A stretch of 64,000 nt of DNA, from the NCBI GenBank assembly GCA_965223795.1, contig CBDCXL010000001.1, positions 384,001 to 448,000 of the forward strand, written 5' to 3'. Below are positions 53,264-63,853 of this stretch, in pieces. Position numbers and translations under genes: made by a program. The notes beneath the pieces were generated by a model that saw nothing but the letters and a program-made list of their open reading frames with translations, did no database searches and was not told the origin of the DNA. Numbering within the stretch: position 1 is the stretch's first letter; each line of letters starts with the position of its first letter. Origin of the DNA: Nitrospinales bacterium (lineage in GTDB: Bacteria > Nitrospinota > Nitrospinia > Nitrospinales > VA-1).

Positions 53264-54172
53264 TCAGACTTCCCCGCCCTCCGGCTTGAACAGGACTTTG
53301 GTCAATTTGGGCAGGTTCCTGGAATCTTCAAACAGTTTCTGCACTTCCTCGCTCACGTCGTTGCGGATCAGAATGAGGGTTTCCAGATTGGCGAGGTTCT
53401 TCGATTCGGCGAGAGCGCGGGCGCCGTCGTCGCCGATCTCGGCTTCGTAAAGATCCAGCAGCGTGAGGTTCTTGAACACTTCCGAATTCGCAATGGCGAT
53501 GCCGCCGCGACGCCCGATCGGATTGTAGGTCAGGGTCAGCTGCGTGAGGTTCTTCAGCGTCTCCGACTGGGCCATGGCCTCGACACCTTCGGCCTCGATG
53601 TAGTTCCAGTTGAGGTTGAGCTCGGTCAACTGGGACAGGCTTTTGGAATCGGCGATGGCGAACGCGCCTTCGTTGCCGATGTCGTTGCGGTACAGGCTCA
53701 GCAGGTTGAGCTTGGTGAGGCGGGTCGAGGCGGCCAGCGCCTGAACGCCTTCGTCGCCGAGCTTGTCTCCCAGCCACAGGGACACCAGATTCGACAGCGT
53801 CGTCGATTCGGCGAGGGCGCGCGCGCCCTTCGGGCCGACTTCATTGTCGCTCATGATGAGTTCCGACAGGTTGAGCAGCGTCTTGGATTTGGCCATCGCC
53901 TCGACACCGGCGTCGGTCACCTTGTTCTTGAACAGGTTCAGCACGGTGAGGAACTTCATGTGCTCGGAATCGAGCAGGGCGCGGATGCCGTCGTCCCCGA
54001 CATCGTTGAACTCAAGGAACAGCGTGGTGACGCCCTTGGCTTTATCCGACGCGACGATCTTTTTCAGGGTGTCGTCGTCGATTTCTTTTTCCCGAAGATC
54101 CAGCTCGCTTTTATCCGCGTTGAGGCCCTGCTCGATGAGCCCGTCGATGTCTTTCTCGGTTTTGGTGGTCAT
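53264..54172 (-). CDS. Cytoplasmic leucine-rich repeat protein
   Basis: About nine L..L.L..N.IG.EG..ALA.S..L repeats; acidic; no signal peptide. Confidence 0.9.
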   Translation of the reverse strand: MTTKTEKDIDGLIEQGLNADKSELDLREKEIDDDTLKKIVASDKAKGVTTLFLEFNDVGDDGIRALLDSEHMKFLTVLNLFKNKVTDAGVEAMAKSKTLLNLSELIMSDNEVGPKGARALAESTTLSNLVSLWLGDKLGDEGVQALAASTRLTKLNLLSLYRNDIGNEGAFAIADSKSLSQLTELNLNWNYIEAEGVEAMAQSETLKNLTQLTLTYNPIGRRGGIAIANSEVFKNLTLLDLYEAEIGDDGARALAESKNLANLETLILIRNDVSEEVQKLFEDSRNLPKLTKVLFKPEGGEV

Positions 54173-54792
54173 ACGAAGATCCGGGTTGCTGTGTTTGCAG
54201 GAAGTGGTGTTTAACAGGCCATTCTATTTAAGTCCGTGCGGTTCGTAAAGTCAAAATATTCAAAATGCCCCGCAGGCCGAAACGGCGGCTTAAATGAGTT
54301 CCCCATCGGGATGCGTTGTACCCGCTTTCCCGCCAGGGATCGATGGTTGTATCCACTGCGAGCGTCATTCAATCCCCTTGATATTTTGCGGGTTAATGTG
54401 GCGGACGGCGTGCACCGGGATGCAAGCCTCGCAATTCTGCGCGTTTTTCACGGGCTTTTCGTGCCCTTGCTTCGATCCGGTTCTGCCCTGCGCACATTTG
54501 GATAGGTTCTTCGATCCTGAAATTCAGCCGCCCAAAATCCTCATACACAACGCTCACAGAAATCGCACAACGCGAAGCGCGCTTTACCGGACAAAGCCTT
54601 CCCCGGCGCACACGCACTGCGAATGCGGATCGCGCGCATCGGGCCGATTGCAGACTCACAAAACCCGGATGAATTTGCATTCAGATTCTGTATAATTATT
54701 TTTTGTCCAGACTCTCTCCCGGCCAGACGCGGCACACGCGCACTGGCCGGGATCCCGTATTCACACTTCCCATCTCTGATTCGGACCCCGTC

Positions 54793-55785
<993 letters not shown>

Positions 55786-55800
55786 CTGTCTTTCCGGACG

Positions 55801-56739
55801 ATGGCTTTCCTTTCCCGATTCTTCGACTGGTTCGAGCTGCCGGAACCGCAGGAAACCGATACGGCGGTGTCTTCCGAGCTGCTGGACAAGGTGCGGTCGA
55901 TCCAGATCAAGACCAGCCATCTGGTCAACGACCTGATGGCGGGGGAATACGTGTCGGCGTTCAAGGGCCGCGGCATGGAGTTCAGCGAGGTGCGGGAGTA
56001 CCAGCCGGGCGACGACGTGCGCCTGATCGACTGGAACGTGACCGCGCGCATGAATCAACCGTTCATCAAGGAGTTCAAGGAGGAGCGGGAGCTGACGCTG
56101 ATGCTGCTGGTGGACGTCAGTTCGTCCGGCGCGTTCGGATCGGCGGGAAAACTGAAAAACGAGGTCGCGGCGGAACTGGCGTCGATCCTGGCGTTCACGG
56201 CGATCCGCAACAACGACAAGATCGGACTGATGGTGTTCTCGGACCGGATCGAGCGGTACATCCCGCCCAAGAAGGGCAAGGCGCATGTGTGGAACATCAT
56301 CCGCACCATCCTGGATTTCAGCCCGGAAGGCCGCGGCACGGACCTCAACCTGCCGCTGGAATACCTGTCAAACGTGCAGAAACGCAAGACGGTCACGTTC
56401 CTGATCTCGGATTTTCAATGCGAGGGCTACGAGGGCACGCTCCGGCTGGCGAAGCAGAAACACGACATCGTCGCGCTGTGGATCCAGGACCCGCGCGAAG
56501 AAACGCTGCCAGACGTCGGGCTGCTGCACCTGGAAGACGCCGAAACGGGCGAAACCATCCTGATCGACACACACGACCGCTCCTGGGCGAAACAGTATGC
56601 CGTGCTGACGAAAAAGGCGTTCCTGGCGCAGAAACGGGTGCTCAACGCGATGAACATCGATGTGGTGACGATCCGCACGGACCGTTCCCTCGTCGAACCG
56701 CTGGTGCGCTATTTTAAAATGCGGGAGAAAAAACACTGA
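55801..56739 (+). CDS. DUF58 domain protein
   Basis: G.Y.S.FKG.G.EF.EVREY.PGDD.R.IDWNVTAR and ISDF motifs. Confidence 0.95.
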   Translation: MAFLSRFFDWFELPEPQETDTAVSSELLDKVRSIQIKTSHLVNDLMAGEYVSAFKGRGMEFSEVREYQPGDDVRLIDWNVTARMNQPFIKEFKEERELTLMLLVDVSSSGAFGSAGKLKNEVAAELASILAFTAIRNNDKIGLMVFSDRIERYIPPKKGKAHVWNIIRTILDFSPEGRGTDLNLPLEYLSNVQKRKTVTFLISDFQCEGYEGTLRLAKQKHDIVALWIQDPREETLPDVGLLHLEDAETGETILIDTHDRSWAKQYAVLTKKAFLAQKRVLNAMNIDVVTIRTDRSLVEPLVRYFKMREKKH

Positions 56740-56740
56740 C

Positions 56741-57163
56741 ATGAATTCGCCGCCGGAGAATCCAAACAATGAAGGCGTCGGGCGCGGGGTCAAGATCTTC
56801 GTGATCGTGCTGACCGTCGTGACGGTGGGCGCGTTCGCGGTGTTTTCCCTGCAGCTGTTCAGCAAGATGCTGTCGCCGTCCAAAAGCGCGCAATGGCCGA
56901 ACCGTCTGTACGATGTGGCGGGCAAGCTCGAACGGGCGGGGCTCAAGCAGCAGGCCATTGAGCAGTACCAGCGTTATCTTGAAAAAGCCAAGGTCGATCT
57001 TGAACGCCGGGCCGAAGTTTCCGAGACCATCGGTGCGCTGTACCGGGAACTGGGCAACTGCCCCGAAGCGCTGGTCTGGTTCTACCAGGCGGAGCTGGCG
57101 GCGAAGGAACCGGGCGATGCGTTGAAGTCGCACATCGCGGAATGTCGCAAAACCATCCCATGA
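56741..57163 (+). CDS. Membrane-anchored TPR-like protein
   Basis: TM helix followed by helical repeats (A.KL...GL..QAI..Y..YL; IG.LY..LG...EAL.W.Y.A). Confidence 0.75.
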   Translation: MNSPPENPNNEGVGRGVKIFVIVLTVVTVGAFAVFSLQLFSKMLSPSKSAQWPNRLYDVAGKLERAGLKQQAIEQYQRYLEKAKVDLERRAEVSETIGALYRELGNCPEALVWFYQAELAAKEPGDALKSHIAECRKTIP

Positions 57164-58176
57164 GGTTGCGGACAGGAATGAAACTCCGGCGGCATGTTTT
57201 TCTTTTGGCGGTGGGCCTCGTTTTGACTGGGCTGATGATGCCCGTATGGGCGCATGCAGAGGATGGTGAGAAAGCCCCCTCCTCTCCGGTTTCGCTGGAA
57301 GTGCATCTCGACCGCTACCAGGCGACGCTCGGCGATCTGGTCACGTACACGGTGACGGTCTGGCACGAGGCGTCGATCGAGCCGAGGGCGCCGGAATTTC
57401 CTGCGATTGAAGGGCTGGAACGGGTGGACCGGGGACGGCGTGACGGCGAGACGAAAAAGAAACTCAATAAGACGGAGTTCTGGATCCAGTACCGCGCCGA
57501 CGCGATCGGGAAAATCCTGTTTCCCAGGATGGATGTGCCGTTCACGGTGCACGGGAACGGTGAAGCAACCGAAGGGACCGCGTCCACCTGGCAGCTGGAA
57601 CTGGAAGTGCAGTCGATCCTGCGCCTGCAGGGAGAACCCACGGACATCCGCGACATCAAGCCGGTGCTCCAGGCCGGCCGCGACTGGCTCCCGATTCTGT
57701 TCATGGTGCTTGTGTGCGCGGGACTTTTGGCTTTCGTCTATTTCCTCTGGCGGCGGGCCGGAGGACGGCGCGCGCAGCGGGAGGCAACCAGCCTTTCGGC
57801 GCTGCTTCCGCACGAGCGGGCGCTAAAGGATCTGGATGCCCTGAAGGCGCGCGGCCTGCTGGAATCGGGAGAATTGCGGGAATACCATTTTCAGCTCTCA
57901 GAAATTTTCCGCCGCTATTTGCAGGACCGTTTCGCGTTTCCCGCGCTCGACTGGACCACGGAAGAGATCGCCGCTTACCTGTACGAGAATCCGGTGCTTG
58001 GCAATGCTTTGCGCAAGCGCACCGACGCCGTGCTCAGGCAGACCGACCGGGTCAAGTTCGCGCGCTCTCTGGACGACGCGCCTGCAGACCCGATGCCGGA
58101 CGTGGTGCAGCTGATCCGCAGCACCGCCCCCGACGCCGCCCCTGCCGATGCCCCGGAGACCGCGGCCAGGCTGTGA
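57160..58176 (+). CDS. Bat-cluster membrane protein (Ig-like domain, TM, helical C-terminus)
   Basis: Signal/TM segment, LGD.VTYTVTV, IRDIKP, TM, LS.I.R.YL..RF...A...TT.E and D.VKFA motifs. ATGA overlap with the previous gene. Confidence 0.8.
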   Translation: MRLRTGMKLRRHVFLLAVGLVLTGLMMPVWAHAEDGEKAPSSPVSLEVHLDRYQATLGDLVTYTVTVWHEASIEPRAPEFPAIEGLERVDRGRRDGETKKKLNKTEFWIQYRADAIGKILFPRMDVPFTVHGNGEATEGTASTWQLELEVQSILRLQGEPTDIRDIKPVLQAGRDWLPILFMVLVCAGLLAFVYFLWRRAGGRRAQREATSLSALLPHERALKDLDALKARGLLESGELREYHFQLSEIFRRYLQDRFAFPALDWTTEEIAAYLYENPVLGNALRKRTDAVLRQTDRVKFARSLDDAPADPMPDVVQLIRSTAPDAAPADAPETAARL

Positions 58177-58232
58177 ATCCGAACCGCGACCGGCGGCTTC
58201 GCTGCTTTTTTTAATTCGCTCACTGGCAAATC

Positions 58233-59231
58233 ATGGAATTTTTCCGCTTCGAAGATCCCTGGCTTTTGCTTCTGCTCCTGTTGCTGCCGTTTGCGGTGAT
58301 GCTGGCACGCGGCCGCAAACAGACGGTGCTGCATTACTCGTCCATCGCGCGGCTGAAATCGATCCTGCCCGCGCGCACGCACTGGCTGGCCTCGGTGCCC
58401 CGGGTCCTGCGCATCCTGGCCATCGTGCTTCTTGTCATTGCGCTGGCGCGGCCGCAGGAAGGGCGCAAGAGCACGGAGATCCTGTCGGCGGGTGTGGACA
58501 TCATGCTGGCCATCGACACCTCGGTCAGCATGCAGGCGATGGATTTCATGAAGGACGGAGAACGCATCGACCGGCTGCAGGTGGTCAAAGACGTGGTCGC
58601 GGAATTCATCGCCAACCGGCCCTACGACCGGCTGGGCATGGTGGTGTTCGGCGAAGAGGCGTTCACGCAGTGCCCGCTCACGCTGGATCACGACATCCTG
58701 CTGTCGTTTCTGCGCGACACGCGCATCGGCCTGGCGGGCAACGCCACGGCGATCGGGTCGGCGATCGGGATCGCGGTCAAGCGCCTCAAGGACCTCAAGG
58801 CGCAGAGCCGGGTGGTCATCCTGCTGACCGACGGGCGCAACACCGCCGGCAGCATCACGCCGGCGCAGGCGGCGTCGATCGCCAAACAGTTCGGCGTCAA
58901 GATCTACACCATCGGCGTGGGCACCGAGGGCAAGGCGCCGTTTCTGGTGGATTCCCTGTTCGGCAAGCGCTTCGTCTACCAGGACGTGGAGATGGACGAA
59001 AAAACACTGAAGGAGATCGCGGACATGACCGGCGGGCGGTACTTCCGCGCCAAGGACGTGGACACGCTGAAAGAGGTGTACAACCAGATCGACCGGCTGG
59101 AAACCTCGGAAGTCAAGGTCCTCGACCACTCGGAATTCAACGAGCTGTTCCCCTATTTCCTGATTCCGGGGCTGGCCCTGTTTCTGCTGGAGGTCCTGCT
59201 CGCCAACACCCGCCTGATGAGGGTTCCCTGA
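58233..59231 (+). CDS. batA: VWA domain membrane protein BatA
   Basis: F.FE.PW.LLLL, ALARPQ, MIDAS DTSVSM, DRLG.VVF, TAIG.AI and LLTDG motifs; C-terminal TM. Confidence 0.9.
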   Translation: MEFFRFEDPWLLLLLLLLPFAVMLARGRKQTVLHYSSIARLKSILPARTHWLASVPRVLRILAIVLLVIALARPQEGRKSTEILSAGVDIMLAIDTSVSMQAMDFMKDGERIDRLQVVKDVVAEFIANRPYDRLGMVVFGEEAFTQCPLTLDHDILLSFLRDTRIGLAGNATAIGSAIGIAVKRLKDLKAQSRVVILLTDGRNTAGSITPAQAASIAKQFGVKIYTIGVGTEGKAPFLVDSLFGKRFVYQDVEMDEKTLKEIADMTGGRYFRAKDVDTLKEVYNQIDRLETSEVKVLDHSEFNELFPYFLIPGLALFLLEVLLANTRLMRVP

Positions 59232-60280
59232 TGCAGCTCGGACAGCCGCAATACCTGAACCTGCTCTGGCTGCTGCCGCCGTTGATCCTGTTTCTCGTGT
59301 GGGGGGCGCGGCGCCGGCGGCGGATGGCGGCCCGCTTCTGCGGCGAACCCCTGCTGCCGAAACTGGTGGGGCCGCGCTTCGCGGAAAAGCAGCGCCTGCG
59401 GCTGATCCTCACGGTGCTGGCGGTGCTGTTCTGCATGCTCGCCTTCACGCAGCCGCGCTGGGGTTATCAATGGAAGGAAAAGCAGCAGTTCGGGCTGGAT
59501 CTGGTGGTGGCGCTGGATGTGTCCCGCAGCATGCTGGCCGAGGACATCAAGCCAAACCGGCTGGACCGGGCGCGGCGCAAGGTGCTCGATCTCATCGACA
59601 TGCTGGAGGGGGACCGCATCGGGCTGGTGGTGTTCGCGGGCGACGCGTTCGTGCAGTGCCCGCTGACGCTCGACTACCAGGCGGCGAAGCTGTTTCTCTC
59701 GGCCGTTGACACGGACATCCTGTCGATCCAGGGCACCGCTCTGGCAAAGGCCATCCGCGTGTCGCTGGAGGCGCTGCGCGGCCAGGAAAAAAAGTCCAAG
59801 GCGGTGATCCTCATCACCGACGGTGAGGACCATTCGGGCGAACCGGTCGAGGCGGCGCGGCGGGCCGCCGAACAGGGTGTGCAGATCTACACGATCGGCA
59901 TCGGCCGGGAACTGGGGGCGCCGATTCCGAGCGCCGACGCCAAAGGCGGGTTCAAGAAGGACGCCAGCGGCGAGGTCATCCTGACGAAGCTGGACGAAGC
60001 CACGCTGCAGGCGATTGCCCTGGAAACGGGGGGCACCTACGTGCGTTCCGTCACCGGCGACCTCGACCTCACGCAGATCTATAAAGAGAGCATTCTCGGG
60101 AGCCTGGAGAAGACCGAGCTGAAATCGCAGCGCCGCAAGCAGTGGCACGAGCGGTTTCAATGGCTGATCCTGCTGGCCCTGATCTGCCTGGCGGCGGATT
60201 TTTTCATCGATGAAAAACCGCGTCCTGCGCCGCAGCGCCGTATCTCCGTTGCGCCGGGGCAGCCGGATTTGTTAAAATAA
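59231..60280 (+). CDS. batB: VWA domain membrane protein BatB
   Basis: P.WG, LDVSRSM.A.DI.PNRL, PLT.DY, ITDGEDH and V.TKLDE..L motifs. TGATG overlap with batA. Confidence 0.88.
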   Translation: MQLGQPQYLNLLWLLPPLILFLVWGARRRRRMAARFCGEPLLPKLVGPRFAEKQRLRLILTVLAVLFCMLAFTQPRWGYQWKEKQQFGLDLVVALDVSRSMLAEDIKPNRLDRARRKVLDLIDMLEGDRIGLVVFAGDAFVQCPLTLDYQAAKLFLSAVDTDILSIQGTALAKAIRVSLEALRGQEKKSKAVILITDGEDHSGEPVEAARRAAEQGVQIYTIGIGRELGAPIPSADAKGGFKKDASGEVILTKLDEATLQAIALETGGTYVRSVTGDLDLTQIYKESILGSLEKTELKSQRRKQWHERFQWLILLALICLAADFFIDEKPRPAPQRRISVAPGQPDLLK

Positions 60281-60429
60281 CATGAAATATCCCCTGTTTT
60301 TGAAGGCGCTTGACTTTCCGAAACGGGGGTTTCATTTATGACTGCGGCCGGATTTTCCGGCCTGACGATTGGCATTCCTCCCGCTTTTGCCGGGACATCG
60401 ACGACATTCCTATTGAGGTGAACGGTTCT

Positions 60430-61146
60430 ATGGAAAACATTTCGAGAAACATCCCGAGTCACATGAGTCAGGACGCGATCGCCGCGGAACAGCAGCGTTT
60501 CATGGTGCGCGTCTACAACTGGATGACGGCAGGCCTCGCGGTGACGGGTTTTCTGGCGTTCTTCGTGGCCAACAGCCCGACGGCGCTGGGGATCATCACG
60601 GCCAGCCCGATCATTCCCATCGGTCTTGTGATCGCGCAGCTGGGTCTGGTGTTTTATCTGTCGTTCCGCGTGCAGAAGATGTCCGCCAGCCAGGCCACCG
60701 GCGTGTTCATCCTGTACGCCGGTCTCACGGGCCTCACCTTCTCGTTCATTTTCCTGGCATACACGACGGCGTCCATCACCGCCACATTTCTGGTGACGGC
60801 CGGCACGTTCGGCGCCATGAGCTTTTACGGCTACACGACCAAAAAGGACCTCACCTCGATGGGCAGCTTTCTGTTCATGGGGCTGATCGGCATCATCATC
60901 GCTTCGGTGGTCAACATCTTTCTGAAGAACGAGATGATGCACTGGATCATCACCTATGCGGGCGTGCTCATCTTCGTCGGCCTGACCGCCTACGACACGC
61001 AGAAGATCAAGAACATGAACATCCTCGGCAACGAGGGCACCGATGAGGACACCAAGGAAGCGGTGATCGGCGCGCTGACGCTGTACCTGGACTTCATCAA
61101 CCTGTTCCTGATGCTGCTGCGCATCATGGGCAATCCGCGCGAATGA
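60430..61146 (+). CDS. Bax inhibitor-1/YccA (YbhL-like) membrane protein
   Basis: VY.WM..GL, GYTTKKDLT, AYDTQKIK and ALTLYLDFINLFL motifs. Confidence 0.95.
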   Translation: MENISRNIPSHMSQDAIAAEQQRFMVRVYNWMTAGLAVTGFLAFFVANSPTALGIITASPIIPIGLVIAQLGLVFYLSFRVQKMSASQATGVFILYAGLTGLTFSFIFLAYTTASITATFLVTAGTFGAMSFYGYTTKKDLTSMGSFLFMGLIGIIIASVVNIFLKNEMMHWIITYAGVLIFVGLTAYDTQKIKNMNILGNEGTDEDTKEAVIGALTLYLDFINLFLMLLRIMGNPRE

Positions 61147-61168
61147 CCGCGGCGTGAATCGAGCACTC

Positions 61169-61198
61169 AAAGCCCCCGCGCAAGCGGGGGCTTTTTTT
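61169..61198 (+). terminator. Intrinsic terminator
   Basis: AAGCCCCCGC-GCAA-GCGGGGGCTT followed by a T run. Confidence 0.9.
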
Positions 61199-61230
61199 AT
61201 GGCTTCAAGACCATTGCAGGATCTTTTCTC

Positions 61231-61333
61231 TGTCATGCAGAGCCTTTCGAAGCATGATTCCGTACACCCTGGATAAAGCCTGTCCTGAGCTGTCATCCTG
61301 AGCTTGTCGAAGGACGGAGGGCTCAGGGTGACA
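61231..61333. repeat. Composite TGTCA...TGACA REP-like element
   Basis: Contains TGTCATCCTGAGCTTGTCGAAGGACGGAGGGCTCAGGGTGACA plus partial units. Confidence 0.85.
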
Positions 61334-61426
61334 GTTGAACCCCAGGCTTTCATAATTCGGTGCATGCAGCGAATTCTTCATCCCGCAGCCTCCGCTGTAC
61401 ACTTTCGATTTTCCCGCTGCAAACGG

Positions 61427-61455
61427 TTGACATAAGTATCGAATTTAATTAAAAT
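61427..61455 (+). promoter_or_regulatory. sigma70 promoter
   Basis: TTGACA-N17-TAAAAT upstream of the protease gene. Confidence 0.8.
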
Positions 61456-61563
61456 TACTATCGAAATATCAACGGTGTCCGGCTTTCTCAGCGGTTCTCG
61501 CTCCGCCGGACAAACTCCTCCAACCTTCCCGTTTCCTTGTCCTCTCCACAAGCCCAAAAACCC

Positions 61564-62859
61564 ATGAAAATCTCTCTCACTGTTCTGCTCTGTGTGTTCA
61601 CCGCCGTTCCCGTGCATGCGCTGCAAAATGAAATCGTTTTCAAGCAGGCCATGCAGTACACGGTTAAAATCGAAACACGCGTCAAGATTCCTTTCGACGG
61701 AGAAAAGAAAGGCTCCTCGACCGGAGCCGGATTCCTGGTGGACAAGGCGCGCGGCTGGGTGATGACGAACGCGCACGTGGTGTCGCGTTCGCCGTCGCAC
61801 ATCACGGCGGCGTTTCACAATCAGCCCGAGAACCCGGCGGAAAAACTGTACGTCGACCCGTACCTGGACATGGCGCTCATCCGCATCGCGCCCGCGCGCA
61901 TTCCCCGGCAGGCGAAAACCGCGCCGCTGCTGTGCGACGCGATGCCGGAGATCGGCCATTCCATCGGTGCGTTCGGGCATCCCTGGAAATTCTCGTTCAC
62001 CGGAACGCGCGGCATCATCTCCGGCATCACCTCGCGGCTAGGCGGCGAGCTGCTGCAAACGGATGCACCGATCAATCCGGGCAACTCGGGCGGACCGCTG
62101 ATCAGCACGCGCAGCGGCCAGGTCGTCGGCATGAACACGGCGACGCTGAACCGGGAGGAAAACCAGAACACCAATTTCGCGGAACCCATGAAATACCTGT
62201 GCCGGGTGCTCTCGCTGCTGCGGGAGGGCCGCGACCCTTCGCCGCCCGATCTTACGGTGCTGTTTCAGGAAGACACGGAGAGCCGCAACCAGCTGGTGGT
62301 GGCCCGCACCTATCTCGAACCCGGCCTGCTGCCGCTGCGGGAGGGGGATGTGATCCTGAGGACGCTGCCGGACAACACTCCGGTCGAAAACGAGGGACAA
62401 TGGGTGCACTCGCTGCGCGGCAGGCTCGACCGGTTCGATCTGGAAATCCTGCGCGACGGCAGGAAACAGATCATCACCGGCCGGCTCCATCCGGCGCCGC
62501 GCGTCACCGAGCGCAAAGGCGTGTTCTTCTCCGGCGTGCTGTTCGCGCCCGTGCCGTTCCGCGACCGCTCGGAAATGGCGTATTCCCTGAAAGTCGATTA
62601 TGTCGAACCGGGCTCCATCGGCGAGAGCAAGCACATCGGCCCGTGGGACCGGCTCATGGCGGTGAACGGGCAGCCGGTGCGCACGCTGGATGAGCTGCAT
62701 CGCCAACTCAGGCAGGTGCAGCGGGACAACCGCGCCGTGTCCGTGAAGATGCGCCGCATCAGCAGCCGCAAGGATCGCATCTTCAATTACAAGAATGTTT
62801 CGCTGCCGGTGGAGGACCTCAAGTTCATCGGCGCGGAGGCCAAAGACCCCAATACCTGA
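61564..62859 (+). CDS. Exported trypsin-like serine protease with PDZ-like domains (HtrA/DegP-like)
   Basis: Signal peptide (VHA), catalytic triad TNAHVV / DMALI / QTDAPINPGNSGGPL, two C-terminal PDZ-like segments. Confidence 0.9.
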   Translation: MKISLTVLLCVFTAVPVHALQNEIVFKQAMQYTVKIETRVKIPFDGEKKGSSTGAGFLVDKARGWVMTNAHVVSRSPSHITAAFHNQPENPAEKLYVDPYLDMALIRIAPARIPRQAKTAPLLCDAMPEIGHSIGAFGHPWKFSFTGTRGIISGITSRLGGELLQTDAPINPGNSGGPLISTRSGQVVGMNTATLNREENQNTNFAEPMKYLCRVLSLLREGRDPSPPDLTVLFQEDTESRNQLVVARTYLEPGLLPLREGDVILRTLPDNTPVENEGQWVHSLRGRLDRFDLEILRDGRKQIITGRLHPAPRVTERKGVFFSGVLFAPVPFRDRSEMAYSLKVDYVEPGSIGESKHIGPWDRLMAVNGQPVRTLDELHRQLRQVQRDNRAVSVKMRRISSRKDRIFNYKNVSLPVEDLKFIGAEAKDPNT

Positions 62860-62906
62860 TCCGCCGCTCCCCGCCCCTTATTGAAACCGTTGTGAATTTC
62901 ATTGGC

Positions 62907-63008
62907 TGTCATGCTGAGACCTTCGTCCTTCGACAAGCTCAGGATGACAGCTCAGGACAGGCTCTGTCGAAGCATGATCCCGCACCCTTCGACAAGCTCA
63001 GCGTGACA
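62907..63008. repeat. Composite TGTCA...TGACA REP-like element
   Basis: 62907-62962 is the reverse complement of 61278-61333 with 4 mismatches in 56 bp, followed by a further unit ending CCCTTCGACAAGCTCAGCGTGACA. Confidence 0.85.
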
Positions 63009-63317
63009 TTGAAAAACTCTGAATCGCCACCCGCCAGACTTATGCGAAGGTTTTCCTGGTTGGGTACTTAATATTTCCGAAACGGGATATCCCTGGCTTT
63101 CCGGATTCTTTTTTCCGATTTCACCCTGCCTAAATTTACACTTCACTTAAAATCTTAGATTTTGCGTTCGCACTCGCCGGCAGCATGCCTCAGCGGGCGG
63201 ATTTGCCCGGCCGGGCCCCGGCCCGGCAGGACTCCACGCCAATTTAAATCTATATAACTCAAATAGATATATGAGCTGCATTTGTTTTTATTTCCCGTAC
63301 GGACTTTTTTCGGTTTT

Positions 63318-63333
63318 TGTGACGCCGGTCACG
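63318..63333. promoter_or_regulatory. CRP-family-like site
   Basis: TGTGA-CGCCGG-TCACG (9/10 match) upstream of 63445. Confidence 0.45.
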
Positions 63334-63444
63334 GTTTCACCCACAATGTGCTATTGAACTTCCGATTTTTACTTGATAAGTTTTTTTTATCGTTTTTACC
63401 GTCCCGAAACACACAATTACCATCCTTGAAAAGGAGAAGCCCTC

Positions 63445-63702
63445 ATGAAGAAATTCACAGCCGTGTTTGTCAGCATCCTGTTCGTCGCATCCCTGGCCAT
63501 TCCGTTCGCCGCCTTTGCGGGCGATCCGATGGCCAAAGGCAAAACCACCGCAACGTCCAAAAAAATGGACGACACCGCAAAAAAAGGCAAATCGTCCGGT
63601 TCCAGCAGCGCTAAAAAATCGGCTTCCACAGCGAGTGACAGCAAGGACGACGACAAAAAGAAAGACGCAGCAGGCAAAACCCCTCAGAAAAAGAGCAAGT
63701 GA
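63445..63702 (+). CDS. Small exported Lys/Ser/Asp-rich low-complexity protein
   Basis: AAGGAG RBS, classic signal peptide (MKK...AFA), disordered mature part. Confidence 0.8.
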   Translation: MKKFTAVFVSILFVASLAIPFAAFAGDPMAKGKTTATSKKMDDTAKKGKSSGSSSAKKSASTASDSKDDDKKKDAAGKTPQKKSK

Positions 63703-63817
63703 CCTTTTTTTGAGTTTTGAATAGCAGCACTGGATTGACCTGATCGAAAGCGCCAGGACCGACCGGAAACAGTGTGCGCTTCCGGCCCGTTCCGGCGCCT
63801 GCAGGGGCGGAAAAACC

Positions 63818-63853
63818 GGGGTTTGCAGTTCTCAACACTGCAAACCCCTTTTT
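63818..63853 (+). terminator. Intrinsic terminator
   Basis: GGGGTTTGCAGT-loop-ACTGCAAACCCC followed by T5. Confidence 0.8.

Noticed and set aside
54173..54792. Possible ORFs or RNA in the 620 bp LRR-moxR spacer
   Set aside because: ORFs lack an RBS, motifs and typical codon usage. No convincing structure was seen beyond a TATAAT element.
58148..59230. N-terminal extension of the 710 aa ORF
   Set aside because: Off-frame overlap with batA. BatB starts at the TGATG junction at 59231.
60370..60384. sigma54-like GG-N10-GC upstream of the BI-1 gene (and similarly at 7400-7413)
   Set aside because: Poor match at the -12 element, as expected by chance in GC-rich DNA.
61231..63008. CRISPR array or IS element interpretation of the repeats
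   Set aside because: No regularly spaced repeat-spacer units, no cas genes and no transposase between the repeats.
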